Shown here piece by piece: positions 12,544-22,355 of a DNA stretch of 64,000 nt. Source of the stretch: Lentisphaeria bacterium. Lineage in GTDB: Bacteria > Verrucomicrobiota > Lentisphaeria > Oligosphaerales > CAITYL01. The position numbers and the translations under genes are program-made. The stretch's first letter is position 1, and the number at the start of each line of letters is the position of its first letter. The notes under the pieces were generated by a model that worked only from the letters and a program-made list of their open reading frames with translations, made no database searches and was not told the DNA's origin. Where the stretch lies: the NCBI GenBank assembly GCA_041651315.1, contig JBAZJM010000003.1, forward strand, positions 1 to 64,000, given 5' to 3'.

Positions 12544-12673
12544 GTTTGAACTTACGAAACTCAGATATCCCCAAATACGTCTGAACGCCGGAAGAGAGGC
12601 TCTCCGGCGTTCTTTTGACTATCTGCACGTTACCCTATATCGAACAGGTAAAACAAACCCTAGATACCATCCC

Positions 12674-13027
12674 CTACTGTTGAATCCCCGTATTCACCAT
12701 CTTCGGAGCCTTACATCCACTATTCATGGATAGCTTAGCGGCGCATTCGACAGGTTGAATCGCTGTCTTTCCATTTTCATTATGGGAAATGCTGCAGCTC
12801 ACATACCCATCGCCGTCAGAATCCATATCCGTACAAGAAACACCGATCACTTTAAGTCCGAGCTTCTGTGCATAAGCCCTGGCTGCCTCTTCTGCTTCTG
12901 CGCTACTCGAGGTACATCCTCGGAAGAGGAAATTTCCAGCAAGAGCAGCGATAGCGCCAAGGATAACGATGACGATAATCAGCTCGATCAGAGTAAAACC
13001 GCGTGTTCTTGGGTGTCTTCGATTCAT
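12674..13027 (-). CDS. type IV pilin / pseudopilin-like protein (prepilin N-terminal motif)
   Basis: The N-terminus MNRRHPRTRGFTLIELIIVIVILGAIAALA is the canonical class III signal: a G|FTLIE cleavage/methylation motif followed by a hydrophobic helix. Confidence 0.7.
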   Translation of the reverse strand: MNRRHPRTRGFTLIELIIVIVILGAIAALAGNFLFRGCTSSSAEAEEAARAYAQKLGLKVIGVSCTDMDSDGDGYVSCSISHNENGKTAIQPVECAAKLSMNSGCKAPKMVNTGIQQ

Positions 13028-13081
13028 TGTATTTCTCCTAATATTTCAGATTTGAACTGACTTCCATATGAAGACAGTAAT

Positions 13082-13429
13082 TCAATTTACGACTAGTTCA
13101 GGTACGAAATCAACGGTGATATCAAGACCTTGATATTGGTCCTGATCTTTGACCCCGTCCCAGAAATCCGTAACGAATGTGTCAAAGAGTTCAAGAGCAA
13201 TAGTCATATCTTTGCTCGATTGCACAGCAAGGATGTATTTTATCTTTTCCTTGCCGGGAACATCTTCAATATCGATGTTATCTCGAACAACATCATGAAC
13301 CACGATCGGTTCTTTAAAAACATCAATGAGTTTCTGCGCTATTGTAATGGCTGCTTTACGAAGCGGTTCTGGAATTTGCTGTAATTGCATTCCAGTTTGC
13401 CACTCATTGGATTCTTTCATAATACTCAC
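13082..13429 (-). CDS. hypothetical protein
   Basis: 115-aa ORF. Confidence 0.4.
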   Translation of the reverse strand: MSIMKESNEWQTGMQLQQIPEPLRKAAITIAQKLIDVFKEPIVVHDVVRDNIDIEDVPGKEKIKYILAVQSSKDMTIALELFDTFVTDFWDGVKDQDQYQGLDITVDFVPELVVN

Positions 13430-13771
13430 TTAATAATTGGGAGATCTCTTCTTTACCGGAGGGGAAAGAGGTTTTTGATATCCCGGTTTCTCCCATGGTA
13501 AAAGTGTTGATTTTATACCCGGCGGTTTCTCAGGTAATTTTCCAGAGCTATGAAGATTGAGTGAAGACTCAGCGCCGAGATCTAGCTTCTCATACCGACT
13601 AACGACCCATGCTCGTTGCTTCTCGGAAAGTTTCGCTTTCGGGTTCAATTCTAAGGGAGAAACCATGCTTTGAAAGGCTTCTCGCTCTTCATCTTCGAGC
13701 CTTTCGTCCGCTAGTAATGCCTGCAACATTTCTTTTTCAGAAGCCATTCTATCCTCTCGTAAGCCTGTCAA
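13430..13771 (-). CDS. hypothetical protein
   Basis: 113-aa ORF directly upstream of the previous one and in the same frame (TAA stop). Confidence 0.4.
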   Translation of the reverse strand: MTGLREDRMASEKEMLQALLADERLEDEEREAFQSMVSPLELNPKAKLSEKQRAWVVSRYEKLDLGAESSLNLHSSGKLPEKPPGIKSTLLPWEKPGYQKPLSPPVKKRSPNY

Positions 13772-14027
13772 AAGTTAAGACAATACGTGTCTCATCATCC
13801 TTATTAAGTTCGATGTCTTCAGACACAAAGCGAGACACTGTAATTTCCGAAACACCAGCTTTTCTAGCCAGGTCATTCAAGGAGAGGTCCCATAAATCAC
13901 AAGCAATGCTAAGAAGCTTTCCTTTTCGCGTTTCCTCTGAAGCAGCGATAAGTACTCGAGGAGGAAAAGGAGACGGACTGCTTGCGATTCGTAGAAGGAT
14001 TTTTCTAAGAAAAAACTCGATCATCAC
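13749..14027 (-). CDS. small HTH DNA-binding protein
   Basis: LNDLARKAGVSEITVSRF is a helix-turn-helix. Confidence 0.45.
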   Translation of the reverse strand: MMIEFFLRKILLRIASSPSPFPPRVLIAASEETRKGKLLSIACDLWDLSLNDLARKAGVSEITVSRFVSEDIELNKDDETRIVLTFDRLTRG

Positions 14028-14530
14028 TCACTCTTAGCAGGAGCAGGGAGTAATTTCTTAAGCTCTGCACCAGCTTTCGGTGAGAGAAGAGCACTTGCTT
14101 GAGCTGCCCTGAACTGTTTCCGATTGACAGGATCTTTAAAACCTTGCGGGTTAATGATCGCCATATTTTCATTCACCCGTTGATGCTGACTGTTTAGTCT
14201 GCTGAGTGAAGGTCGCAAACAATTTTGGTAAGTGTCATCACTACCTACAGTTGCTCGCGCACCAACTCCTGGCTTGCTATCATAGCCAAGCTTGTAATCT
14301 CGTCGAAGACAGGTGTAAGCACGAGACATCGAATTTTGGACGACCGTCTTCTCGTCTTGATCGATTCTCGCATTCGGTTTGTACCCATTGATTGCCCTTG
14401 CGATCATTTCGTGATCGAAGAAAACTCCGGGTAAAGCTTTAGCTCCCGATGCCAGAAAATGAGCAATTCGCTTATACGGCTTTTGCCCAGTAAGAGTCTT
14501 GTACGAAGCTAGGAAAGTTCTCTGATCCAT
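14024..14530 (-). CDS. hypothetical protein
   Basis: 168-aa ORF. Confidence 0.4.
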   Translation of the reverse strand: MDQRTFLASYKTLTGQKPYKRIAHFLASGAKALPGVFFDHEMIARAINGYKPNARIDQDEKTVVQNSMSRAYTCLRRDYKLGYDSKPGVGARATVGSDDTYQNCLRPSLSRLNSQHQRVNENMAIINPQGFKDPVNRKQFRAAQASALLSPKAGAELKKLLPAPAKSE

Positions 14531-14550
14531 ATTGATTGATCTCCGATTCG

Positions 14551-15417
14551 TTAAAATACAACAACGCTACTAAGACTTACGTTATATTCTTCTAGGGTTG
14601 AGTATGCTTCAACTATTTCCCTGAAGCGCTTTTCTGCTTCTTTATCGCCCTGATTGACGTCAGGATGATACGGTTTACAACGAATTCTCATCTGTTTTCT
14701 TGCAGAATCGAGATCTACAAGACGGCCTTTTTTCGGTCTATTTACCCCCAATAAGTCACAACTCCCATAAACGATAGTCATGGCTTTTCTGTCAAGAGTG
14801 CTGAATGGTTTCGGTATAACCTCACCGAGCTTTTCTGTTTTATTGGCTCGGATTTTCATTATTTCAATTGATCTCTTTAAATCGAGTTCAACTTCTCTAA
14901 CTAAGAACTCGATTGAATCTTCTTGAAGATTTGGATTTTTCTTTCTAAGAAGTTCTGTCATCCTACTGGTAAGAATCGCTATTTCCGATAAAACGGAAAA
15001 TTTATCTTCCAGTTTTTTAGGTGGAGATGAAGGTGGTGGTGGAGGTGGTGGGACAGAAACTTCTATTTCGTTAGATACTGAAGAATCAATCTTCGGTTTT
15101 ATTTTTCGTCTTGGAATTCCGGCTTCATCTTCTAAAAGATGAAGTTTAGTTATAGCACCTGAAAGAGTTATTTCGTTATTATCTATTGAAGGCCATAAAT
15201 TATCAGAAAGAGGAGAAGCATTGAGAAGTCTTGCTCTTGCTCGTATATTGATTTGTTTATCTTTAAGATGTGCCGCTATTGAAGCTACTTTTTCATTCCA
15301 AGTAGCGTTAGTTATAGCTTCCAATAAACGACGTTCTGCTTTCGCTTTCTCGAGTTGTGAAGGCGAAGTTTCAACATCCAGGAAAAGTATTTCTATATTA
15401 CTTTCCATTAGATGCAC
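14551..15417 (-). CDS. J-domain protein (C-terminal DnaJ domain with HPD), poly-Pro linker
   Basis: C-terminus MRIRCKPYHPDVNQGDKEAEKRFREIVEAYSTLEE is a J-domain carrying the HPD motif. A PPPPPPPSSPP linker precedes it. Confidence 0.6.
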   Translation of the reverse strand: MHLMESNIEILFLDVETSPSQLEKAKAERRLLEAITNATWNEKVASIAAHLKDKQINIRARARLLNASPLSDNLWPSIDNNEITLSGAITKLHLLEDEAGIPRRKIKPKIDSSVSNEIEVSVPPPPPPPSSPPKKLEDKFSVLSEIAILTSRMTELLRKKNPNLQEDSIEFLVREVELDLKRSIEIMKIRANKTEKLGEVIPKPFSTLDRKAMTIVYGSCDLLGVNRPKKGRLVDLDSARKQMRIRCKPYHPDVNQGDKEAEKRFREIVEAYSTLEEYNVSLSSVVVF

Positions 15418-16441
15418 CTGAAAGTCTAGTTATCATCAGTTTCAATTCTTCAATCGATGATGATTGAGAATCAATTTTTTGTTCTAATGCTTTGATCGAT
15501 TGAGCTTGAAATGTGAGAACCTTTACAAATTGATCAAAAACATTGCTTTCATCGTAATCATTAGGTGATTGCGGTTCTAACTGAGACTCACCAGTTGTAA
15601 TACTTAAAATAGTATTCGGATAAACTAATCTAGCAATTAATGGAAAAGAATCATAATCATCCCTATCCGAAGATAACCAATACCTTCGAGATTTTCTCTC
15701 ACCCTCTTTTTCAATGAGGCCTTCTTCAACAGCAGAATTCAGAAACTCTCGTTGAAGTTCCACACTAATATTACATGATTCAGGAAATAATTCCGGTCTC
15801 GTCCATTTCCCGCCGGAAGCAAGTTTTAATATTGACTCTCGAAAAGATGTGAGTACGGCAGTTCTATTTTCAGGAAAAAATTCGTTTATTCTATCCCAAG
15901 ATAATTCATCATTCGTTATATCGGTTACAGAATCCGGGTCTTCTTCATCATATGTTAATTCTGGTTCCGGTGTTGATACTAGTGTTAACTCCGGTTCCGA
16001 TACCAATTCCGGTTCTAATATTGATTTTTTCTCTAATTCTGGTTCTACTACCGACAGATTTTCTTGAACTGTCGGTGTTGGTAGTTCCTCTGTCTTTACG
16101 GCTAAAGCTAAAGCTTCATCCCAAATTGAACTTCCGGTAGCAGAGTCATAAGCTTTAACAACCAGTTCCCAAATTTTATCAGAATTTTTAAATATGCTAG
16201 AAAGATTTCCTGAGGTTAAAACGATTTCGCCATCAGTATCATCGAATATAATAAAACCTTCGTTGGAAAGCTGGCGCATGCAAGCGATTTCCCAAGCTTT
16301 CTGATGAGTACCAAGGTTCTTTTTTCTTATATGAGAAAATAGATCAGCTATATTCCCCTTTTTCAGGGACTCAAGTCTAGCTAAAGTAATCCTTAGATCT
16401 GCACTAAGCCAGTCTAAAGAATTATTTGAATTAGGAAGCAT
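15398..16441 (-). CDS. hypothetical protein with EPEL/PELT acidic repeats
   Basis: 347 aa. The DNA at 15950-16070 is a tandem repeat that encodes (V/L)EPELEKK...EPELVSEPELTLVSTPEPELT. Confidence 0.45.
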   Translation of the reverse strand: MLPNSNNSLDWLSADLRITLARLESLKKGNIADLFSHIRKKNLGTHQKAWEIACMRQLSNEGFIIFDDTDGEIVLTSGNLSSIFKNSDKIWELVVKAYDSATGSSIWDEALALAVKTEELPTPTVQENLSVVEPELEKKSILEPELVSEPELTLVSTPEPELTYDEEDPDSVTDITNDELSWDRINEFFPENRTAVLTSFRESILKLASGGKWTRPELFPESCNISVELQREFLNSAVEEGLIEKEGERKSRRYWLSSDRDDYDSFPLIARLVYPNTILSITTGESQLEPQSPNDYDESNVFDQFVKVLTFQAQSIKALEQKIDSQSSSIEELKLMITRLSGASNGK

Positions 16442-17195
16442 TAACGTCTCCCCCGATAAGAAGAAGTCGTTCCAGAGCTTCTGAATCCGATAAAATTCCG
16501 TCTTTATTCAGGGTACGGATGGCTGCTATTTCATTACGAATATTATTCCCATCATTTTGATGATTAGATGAATCATCGAGTCTCTTCATGAGAGCTTTAT
16601 ATATTGCAAATAATTTATTATATTCAGCAAGAAGAAGATCTTTTTCAATTCTTAAACCAGATATCGTTTCTTCTTGCTCTTTGAGTTCATGAATTAGTCG
16701 TTCATTATCTTTTTCATACAATCCGATCATTTCAGATAACTCAACAGTTAGTTTGCTTTTTTCCTCCAGTGCTCTTCTTATCTCTTGATTGAGAGAGTCT
16801 TCTCGTAAAGTTTCTGCCGGAACAGGTTTCGGATTAGTAATGAAACCAATGACTGTTTTTACTGTAGCTGTAACTTCAGCTGATGGAGGGGGAGCTATAG
16901 AGTTACTGAGTCTCTTAATGGAGCCAGACAATTCGTTATCAAAATTCTTACTTCTTTTTGAGAGAGACGCGAAAGGTTTCTTGCATTTCTTAGCGAATTC
17001 CTTTATCAAATCCTGTTGTGATTTGATAGTCATATCTTGAAACAAGATGATTGAATCAAAATCATCAGATTCTAGATAGACTTCTCCTTCCGGTCTCACT
17101 ACACGAACAATTTCAACACTGAGTTCTTCTAACTTCGGCTTAATTTCTTCTTCGAGATATTTATCAGAGAAGCTACTGAAGACAATAGACTTCAT
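16431..17195 (-). CDS. hypothetical coiled-coil protein
   Basis: 254-aa ORF. Confidence 0.45.
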   Translation of the reverse strand: MKSIVFSSFSDKYLEEEIKPKLEELSVEIVRVVRPEGEVYLESDDFDSIILFQDMTIKSQQDLIKEFAKKCKKPFASLSKRSKNFDNELSGSIKRLSNSIAPPPSAEVTATVKTVIGFITNPKPVPAETLREDSLNQEIRRALEEKSKLTVELSEMIGLYEKDNERLIHELKEQEETISGLRIEKDLLLAEYNKLFAIYKALMKRLDDSSNHQNDGNNIRNEIAAIRTLNKDGILSDSEALERLLLIGGDVNAS

Positions 17196-18397
17196 GACTT
17201 CTTGTCTCCAGACATGTCGCCAATAAGGCTGACAAATTCAATTAGTTCAGGATATTCACTGAATTTAGCTTGTAGATCAGCTTGGGAGGTAGTTTCTTTA
17301 CCACCACGTTCAACTAACCAAGCCTTAATTTCATCTATAATTTGAGTAACTCTTTTTGGTTCCGCACAATTCTCAAGTGTTGTTTTGAGTTTCTCGTACC
17401 ATTTCTGTTCAAGAAGTAGAGAATCAGGTGATTTTCCGATTGAAGAAACTATCGGTCCTGAGAAAAGAGCTCTTTCAGTAACGATTTCTGTTTTTACTTT
17501 GATAACATCTTTTCTCTTAGGAGAAGAATTGTTTATTACGCGATACATGAATGGTGGACGATCAGCGACCATCTCACTGCATTTACTTTGATATCTTCTC
17601 TGATCTACTGTGCTTGATCCACGGTAAATCATTGCAGCATAGGCAATTCCAGTCGATTGTTTTTCATCATCAATGAAGAAAAGTCCGGCAGGAACTGGAA
17701 AACTATGAGTTCTAACACAAACCGTAGAAACATGTCGTATTACGAAAGAAAGAGTTGCATAATTTTTAGTACCAAGAAATGGGATTTCCCCTCCTTCAAC
17801 AGGAGGCATCAAAGATCCCGGTAAGTCTATCAATCCTTTGAATTTGGAAGCAACTTTTTCTTTCTGAGCACTCGAGTACCAAGGCGTAGCAGCCAATGGT
17901 AAAAATACTGAATTCATATAAAGATGGAGTCTTCTCGCATACGATTCATCATCTTCTGAACCGAAAACTTCAGATATATCATTCTTGATTTTCTCGATCT
18001 TCTCAATAGCTTCATCGCCAACACCATCACATGATGACATGAAACATATGATGCAACCATCTTTTGCCCCATGAATGATGGTTTCACTCAATAAATCGAG
18101 AACTTCACAAGAAAGTCCATCTAAATCAAATAATATTAGTTCAAATTGTCGTCTAAATTCTTTGGCAAATTTATGTAAAGATGCAATATATACGTGCGCA
18201 CCTGCCGTATATAGGTCTGTTGCTAGTTCCCTACTTTTTCCGCTAGTAACGAGATACGTAGTCGTCGGATCAAATTCTAATTCTGAAAGAGAAGCAAGCA
18301 CTCTGAAACTATTTGTTAGAGTATTTCCTTTAGTAAGGAATTTCAAGTCTTTCGCTATAGTTCGAATAACGTTATAAACTTGCTCGTCGGTTAACAC
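17192..18397 (-). CDS. hypothetical protein
   Basis: 401-aa ORF. Confidence 0.45.
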   Translation of the reverse strand: MLTDEQVYNVIRTIAKDLKFLTKGNTLTNSFRVLASLSELEFDPTTTYLVTSGKSRELATDLYTAGAHVYIASLHKFAKEFRRQFELILFDLDGLSCEVLDLLSETIIHGAKDGCIICFMSSCDGVGDEAIEKIEKIKNDISEVFGSEDDESYARRLHLYMNSVFLPLAATPWYSSAQKEKVASKFKGLIDLPGSLMPPVEGGEIPFLGTKNYATLSFVIRHVSTVCVRTHSFPVPAGLFFIDDEKQSTGIAYAAMIYRGSSTVDQRRYQSKCSEMVADRPPFMYRVINNSSPKRKDVIKVKTEIVTERALFSGPIVSSIGKSPDSLLLEQKWYEKLKTTLENCAEPKRVTQIIDEIKAWLVERGGKETTSQADLQAKFSEYPELIEFVSLIGDMSGDKKS

Positions 18398-18428
18398 TTG
18401 ATCTTATACGCTATCGTAATTGCGATTT

Positions 18429-19028
18429 TCAGCCAATAACCAATGCGATCGCAAGCGGAAGTAAACAAACTAAATGGATAACCTGATCAATTGTGATCGT
18501 CAGAATTCTTCCGAGTGGAGTCATAGCAAATTCGACAAACCCATAATGATCAAGGGCTACTCGAGCTTGCTTAACAGTCATTTTTCCTGCTGCAATCTCA
18601 TCAAGTAGTCCGAGTCTATAGGTATATCCTTCTGATTCGTTAGACTCAGATTTTTGTTCATCCATGCCAACCGTTCCAGTTAAACGGGTGGTATCTCCAT
18701 ATTCAATGCGCCAACGCATCTCAAGTGGTCTTCTAATATTTTTTGCCCACCATATCACAGGAATGTACGTATCCTCGATATAATGCGTAAAGAATACGAA
18801 AAGAATCAAGCCTGCTGCTGTGAAATCACCAATCCAGTGTTTCCAAACAGAGAAACAAATTATGCCTAGAAATGGCAGAGTGTAATAATAGCAGTGCTTT
18901 GCTCGAATTTTCCAATTAAGCGGCTTTGCAGTAGCCACATCGTGAGATTGGAAGCTCCAATCAGATAAAAAATGAACGAGAACGAGAAGCGCAAAAACGC
19001 CCCCGATTTCAGAAATTTGATGTGGCAT
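18429..19028 (-). CDS. integral membrane protein
   Basis: 199 aa with several hydrophobic helices. Confidence 0.45.
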   Translation of the reverse strand: MPHQISEIGGVFALLVLVHFLSDWSFQSHDVATAKPLNWKIRAKHCYYYTLPFLGIICFSVWKHWIGDFTAAGLILFVFFTHYIEDTYIPVIWWAKNIRRPLEMRWRIEYGDTTRLTGTVGMDEQKSESNESEGYTYRLGLLDEIAAGKMTVKQARVALDHYGFVEFAMTPLGRILTITIDQVIHLVCLLPLAIALVIG

Positions 19029-19034
19029 GCGTCA

Positions 19035-19382
19035 TTAGTTTACAGCGGACGCAGCGGTCTTTTTATTACCGAAAATACTATCCCACCCATCACGATAAGC
19101 TTGGCTATTTACCATTGAAGGACCGTGAGAGTCATGATCTTTTTGATCCGGAGTCCTTCCATCGTAAATACGGGTCATTTCAAAAACTGGTGAACTACCA
19201 ACTTGTTTTAACTCAACAAGTTCCTTTCCGAGAAGACTCTCACCTTCTCCGATTCGTTTCAGTAATCCACACTGAGGACCGTGATTAGGATCATTCCTGA
19301 TTGCTGCAGTAGAGCCATCAGGTAGACTCGGACCTAGAACAACGAGTTCCTTTTTCGGACGATTATCATCGTTATTTGCCAT
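19035..19382 (-). CDS. hypothetical protein
   Basis: 115-aa ORF. Confidence 0.35.
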   Translation of the reverse strand: MANNDDNRPKKELVVLGPSLPDGSTAAIRNDPNHGPQCGLLKRIGEGESLLGKELVELKQVGSSPVFEMTRIYDGRTPDQKDHDSHGPSMVNSQAYRDGWDSIFGNKKTAASAVN

Positions 19383-19421
19383 GGGCGTATATAAGAGACC
19401 AGTAACCTGATCTACAGTACA

Positions 19422-19826
19422 CTATCCGTAAGCCACTAAACGTAGTGGATCTTCTGGCAATTTAGAACCTAGAAATCTTTGTGCTGAAGGAAATACTGAA
19501 TTAGATGAAACAGACTGCTTCAATAATCTCGGTATGCGCGAAGCGTTCTTATCTTTTACTAAAGAAATGCCGTTAACCATTATCCTCAGCCAATCAGCAT
19601 GAATTTTTCGTCTTCTAACAGCTGATTCTGCAGCGGAACGAATGGACTCTAGATCCCCATTATCTAAAAACCCGACAATTTCTTCAGGGGATATCCTCAT
19701 TGAGGAGCCTTCAGCCAGAAAATGCCCGAGAAGGTATTTATTTTCTCGAGCTAATAAGACCACCTCAGGCCAGTTCTTATATTCAGTTTCAACTCTTTCG
19801 ATGAACTCCTGAGGATATGTTATCAT
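19422..19826 (-). CDS. hypothetical protein
   Basis: 134-aa ORF. Confidence 0.4.
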   Translation of the reverse strand: MITYPQEFIERVETEYKNWPEVVLLARENKYLLGHFLAEGSSMRISPEEIVGFLDNGDLESIRSAAESAVRRRKIHADWLRIMVNGISLVKDKNASRIPRLLKQSVSSNSVFPSAQRFLGSKLPEDPLRLVAYG

Positions 19827-20069
19827 ATTTAATTACCCCTCATACCGAGATCAAGTTAGATTTACTAACTTAAACATTGATTTTTAGCATGTCATCATGA
19901 TAAAGACATGTAACTACTCTAAGTTTTTTCTCAAGTATGAGATCTATATTTAAAAACGAAGTCATATTTCTTCGAAATTTAGACAACATAGATCCTAACT
20001 CAAACAAACCCTCATGATCCCACATAGAAATTTCTGTGGTCAGATGAGTTGTCCATTGATGATAATGGT

Positions 20070-20993
20070 CTAAAAAGAACCTACCGGGGTCCATGATTTA
20101 CAAGAGCGACGGATCTTCTGTAAAGCCTGAACTTCGAGTTGACGAATCCGCTCTCTAGAAACACCTCGAGTATTAGCTATTTCTTGAAGAGTCAGTTCTT
20201 TAAATCCATCGAGAGCGAAACGATTTTGAATTATTTCTTTTTCAATAGGTGTTAAACTACCCATTGCTGCATGAATGGACTCAAGTAATCCTTCTCGTTC
20301 GATTATTTCAAAGGGTGATTCAATATCACTTTGAATTGATTCAGCAAGTGATGGAAGAGTAGAATCAGGAATAGTAGCACTTAAAGAAAGCATCGGCATA
20401 TTCATAGTTTGTCGTATAGAGCGAGCTCTTTTATTTGATATGCTGAAAAGATCTGAGATATCTTCTTGACTCATATGCTCACCAGTTGTGGTGAGCTGTT
20501 CGGATTCAATTCTCCTAACACGCAAGGCTTTACTAAGAGTATTTATCGGTATCCTTATCTCTCTTTCTTGATTCGCCATCGCTTTATATATTGACTGTCT
20601 TATCCACCAAACAGCATATGTAGAAAATTTATATCCTCTATTCCATTCATATTTATCAATAGCTTTCATGAGACCAATATTACCTTCTTGAACAAGATCA
20701 TCCTCATGAAGATTTCTGGCACAATACAGATATTTTTTAACAATATGAATGACTAATCGTAGATTAGATTTCAAAATTCTTGATTTTATGGAAGAAACTC
20801 TTTTTCTTGATTCAGTTAATTTACTTTGTGATCCTGAGTTTTTTCCTTTCAATGATTTCTTAGCTGCTTCAAAATCAGCAACAGCTGCTTCAAGTTCTTG
20901 AAAAGCAAGAACCTCTTCCTCCATCGTCATTATTTCAGGAGATTTTCTCTTCAAATGCGATGGATAGTCAGGTGTTAATTTTTTCTGCGTCAT
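20070..20993 (-). CDS. RNA polymerase sigma-70 family factor
   Basis: Region 2 (YLYCARNLHEDDLVQEGNIGLMKAIDKYEWNRGYKFSTYAVWWIRQSI) and region 4 (LTLQEIANTRGVSRERIRQLEVQALQKIR). Confidence 0.85.
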   Translation of the reverse strand: MTQKKLTPDYPSHLKRKSPEIMTMEEEVLAFQELEAAVADFEAAKKSLKGKNSGSQSKLTESRKRVSSIKSRILKSNLRLVIHIVKKYLYCARNLHEDDLVQEGNIGLMKAIDKYEWNRGYKFSTYAVWWIRQSIYKAMANQEREIRIPINTLSKALRVRRIESEQLTTTGEHMSQEDISDLFSISNKRARSIRQTMNMPMLSLSATIPDSTLPSLAESIQSDIESPFEIIEREGLLESIHAAMGSLTPIEKEIIQNRFALDGFKELTLQEIANTRGVSRERIRQLEVQALQKIRRSCKSWTPVGSF

Positions 20994-21235
20994 TTATATA
21001 TAAGAAAAATTAATGTAAAGCCGGCAGCGATTATTGCAGTTATAAACATGGACCTTTCGATAAGATCAAAAGATCTATGTCTCGTATTAGTCCTGAAAGC
21101 TGAATTAGCTTCTATCAGGGCTATTCTGATCGATCTCTCTTCAAGTCTATCTCTAACTCGGCTTCCCATCGTGTATCTCAAGTTTATTAAGGACGTTATC
21201 GAGCATTTCAAGTCTTCTGTTAAGTTGAGGGTCAT
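20990..21235 (-). CDS. small membrane protein
   Basis: 81 aa with a C-terminal hydrophobic helix. Confidence 0.3.
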   Translation of the reverse strand: MTLNLTEDLKCSITSLINLRYTMGSRVRDRLEERSIRIALIEANSAFRTNTRHRSFDLIERSMFITAIIAAGFTLIFLIYK

Positions 21236-21488
21236 TGTAATCAGAGATTATACGACGAAGAGTCGTCCCATCTTCAGAATTCATGATCTCTGCTTCCATA
21301 AAACTTGGTTCAAGTCCTTCAAGCATTAAAACGATATAGACATTCGGTACTTGTGGATCTACCCAAATTCCAGATAACTCTCCAAATTGAACAGCGACTT
21401 CTTTCACTTTTTCGTAAGTAAAAGGCTCCTCACCTACGCTAGAAATTAAAAGAACTCCCATTCCAAATGATTTTACTAAACATTCCAT
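21153..21488 (-). CDS. hypothetical protein
   Basis: 111-aa ORF. Confidence 0.3.
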   Translation of the reverse strand: MECLVKSFGMGVLLISSVGEEPFTYEKVKEVAVQFGELSGIWVDPQVPNVYIVLMLEGLEPSFMEAEIMNSEDGTTLRRIISDYNDPQLNRRLEMLDNVLNKLEIHDGKPS

Positions 21489-21494
21489 AATGTA

Positions 21495-21890
21495 TTGTAC
21501 GCTGTGAATCCAACTTCTGTTCTTTTCATGGAGATGGCCCGTAAGTCAATTTTAGAGTCTATCCCGAAAGACACTAAAATTTCTTCAGAAGAAGTAGACT
21601 CTGTTATAAGAGTATGTATGCTCGGAGTCTATAGAACCGGAAATGAAGATCCGAAAGCTATGCTCAGAGTTATTTCTGATGAACTCATTGAGCACATGGT
21701 GAAACACTTACAGAAAGCTAAAGAGCATAAAGACCTGGCAAAAGGGATGCAGTTCTTTTTACTCGAGTGGTGTTGGAGAAATGATTATCTAAATGAAGAT
21801 TGGCGGTGGGAGTGGATAAACCAAAATGAAGGAAAAATCCACTTCAATGCTAGATTGCCGCTTGAAATGATTCCAATACCGTCGGATTAA
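21495..21890 (+). CDS. hypothetical protein
   Basis: 131-aa ORF. Confidence 0.4.
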   Translation: MYAVNPTSVLFMEMARKSILESIPKDTKISSEEVDSVIRVCMLGVYRTGNEDPKAMLRVISDELIEHMVKHLQKAKEHKDLAKGMQFFLLEWCWRNDYLNEDWRWEWINQNEGKIHFNARLPLEMIPIPSD

Positions 21891-22341
21891 TACAATAATC
21901 TCTCAAGAATTTTTCAAAATACGAATTTCTGAAGGCTTTTTCGGTTCGTGCTGAACGAATCATTGATATCGCTTGATCTGGTGTAAAGCCAAAACCTTTA
22001 CATAAAACTATAGCACAAACAAGACCAGATCTGTTTCTTCCAGCTATGCAAGTAACAAGAACACTCTTGTTTTTCAGAAGTCTACCTATGATAGCACCAG
22101 CAGCTTTAACAGCTATTTCAGGTTCTGATTTAAGCATCGGCTCTCCACTATCGATTAGCGGAGCATTGATCACCTCAATATCTCTCCAAGGATTCTTTAC
22201 GAGTTGATAATCATTTGCGCAAAGAGCTAAACAATTGAAATGTTTTCGTAAATCAAATAACGGGGTAGGACAACCACCCATCCATAATCGACCATATACT
22301 CGATTTGCTGTTGTAGCCGGACCCATTATTAAGGTTGTCAC
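21850..22341 (-). CDS. dual-specificity / tyrosine protein phosphatase (CX5R)
   Basis: Active-site P-loop VLVTCIAGRNRSG (Cys-X5-Arg-Ser). Confidence 0.7.
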   Translation of the reverse strand: MTTLIMGPATTANRVYGRLWMGGCPTPLFDLRKHFNCLALCANDYQLVKNPWRDIEVINAPLIDSGEPMLKSEPEIAVKAAGAIIGRLLKNKSVLVTCIAGRNRSGLVCAIVLCKGFGFTPDQAISMIRSARTEKAFRNSYFEKFLRDYCINPTVLESFQAAI

Positions 22342-22355
22342 GCCAATATTTCCTA

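Noticed and set aside
15950-16070. Tandem short repeats in the nucleotide sequence (also at 50690-50790), considered as a CRISPR or satellite array.
   Set aside because: The repeats are in-frame coding repeats (EPEL and GGSSSTTTT) inside long ORFs, with no spacer structure.
19870-20094. 74-aa ORF overlapping the sigma-70 gene's 3' end.
   Set aside because: Short, overlapping, low-complexity. Not reported as a gene.
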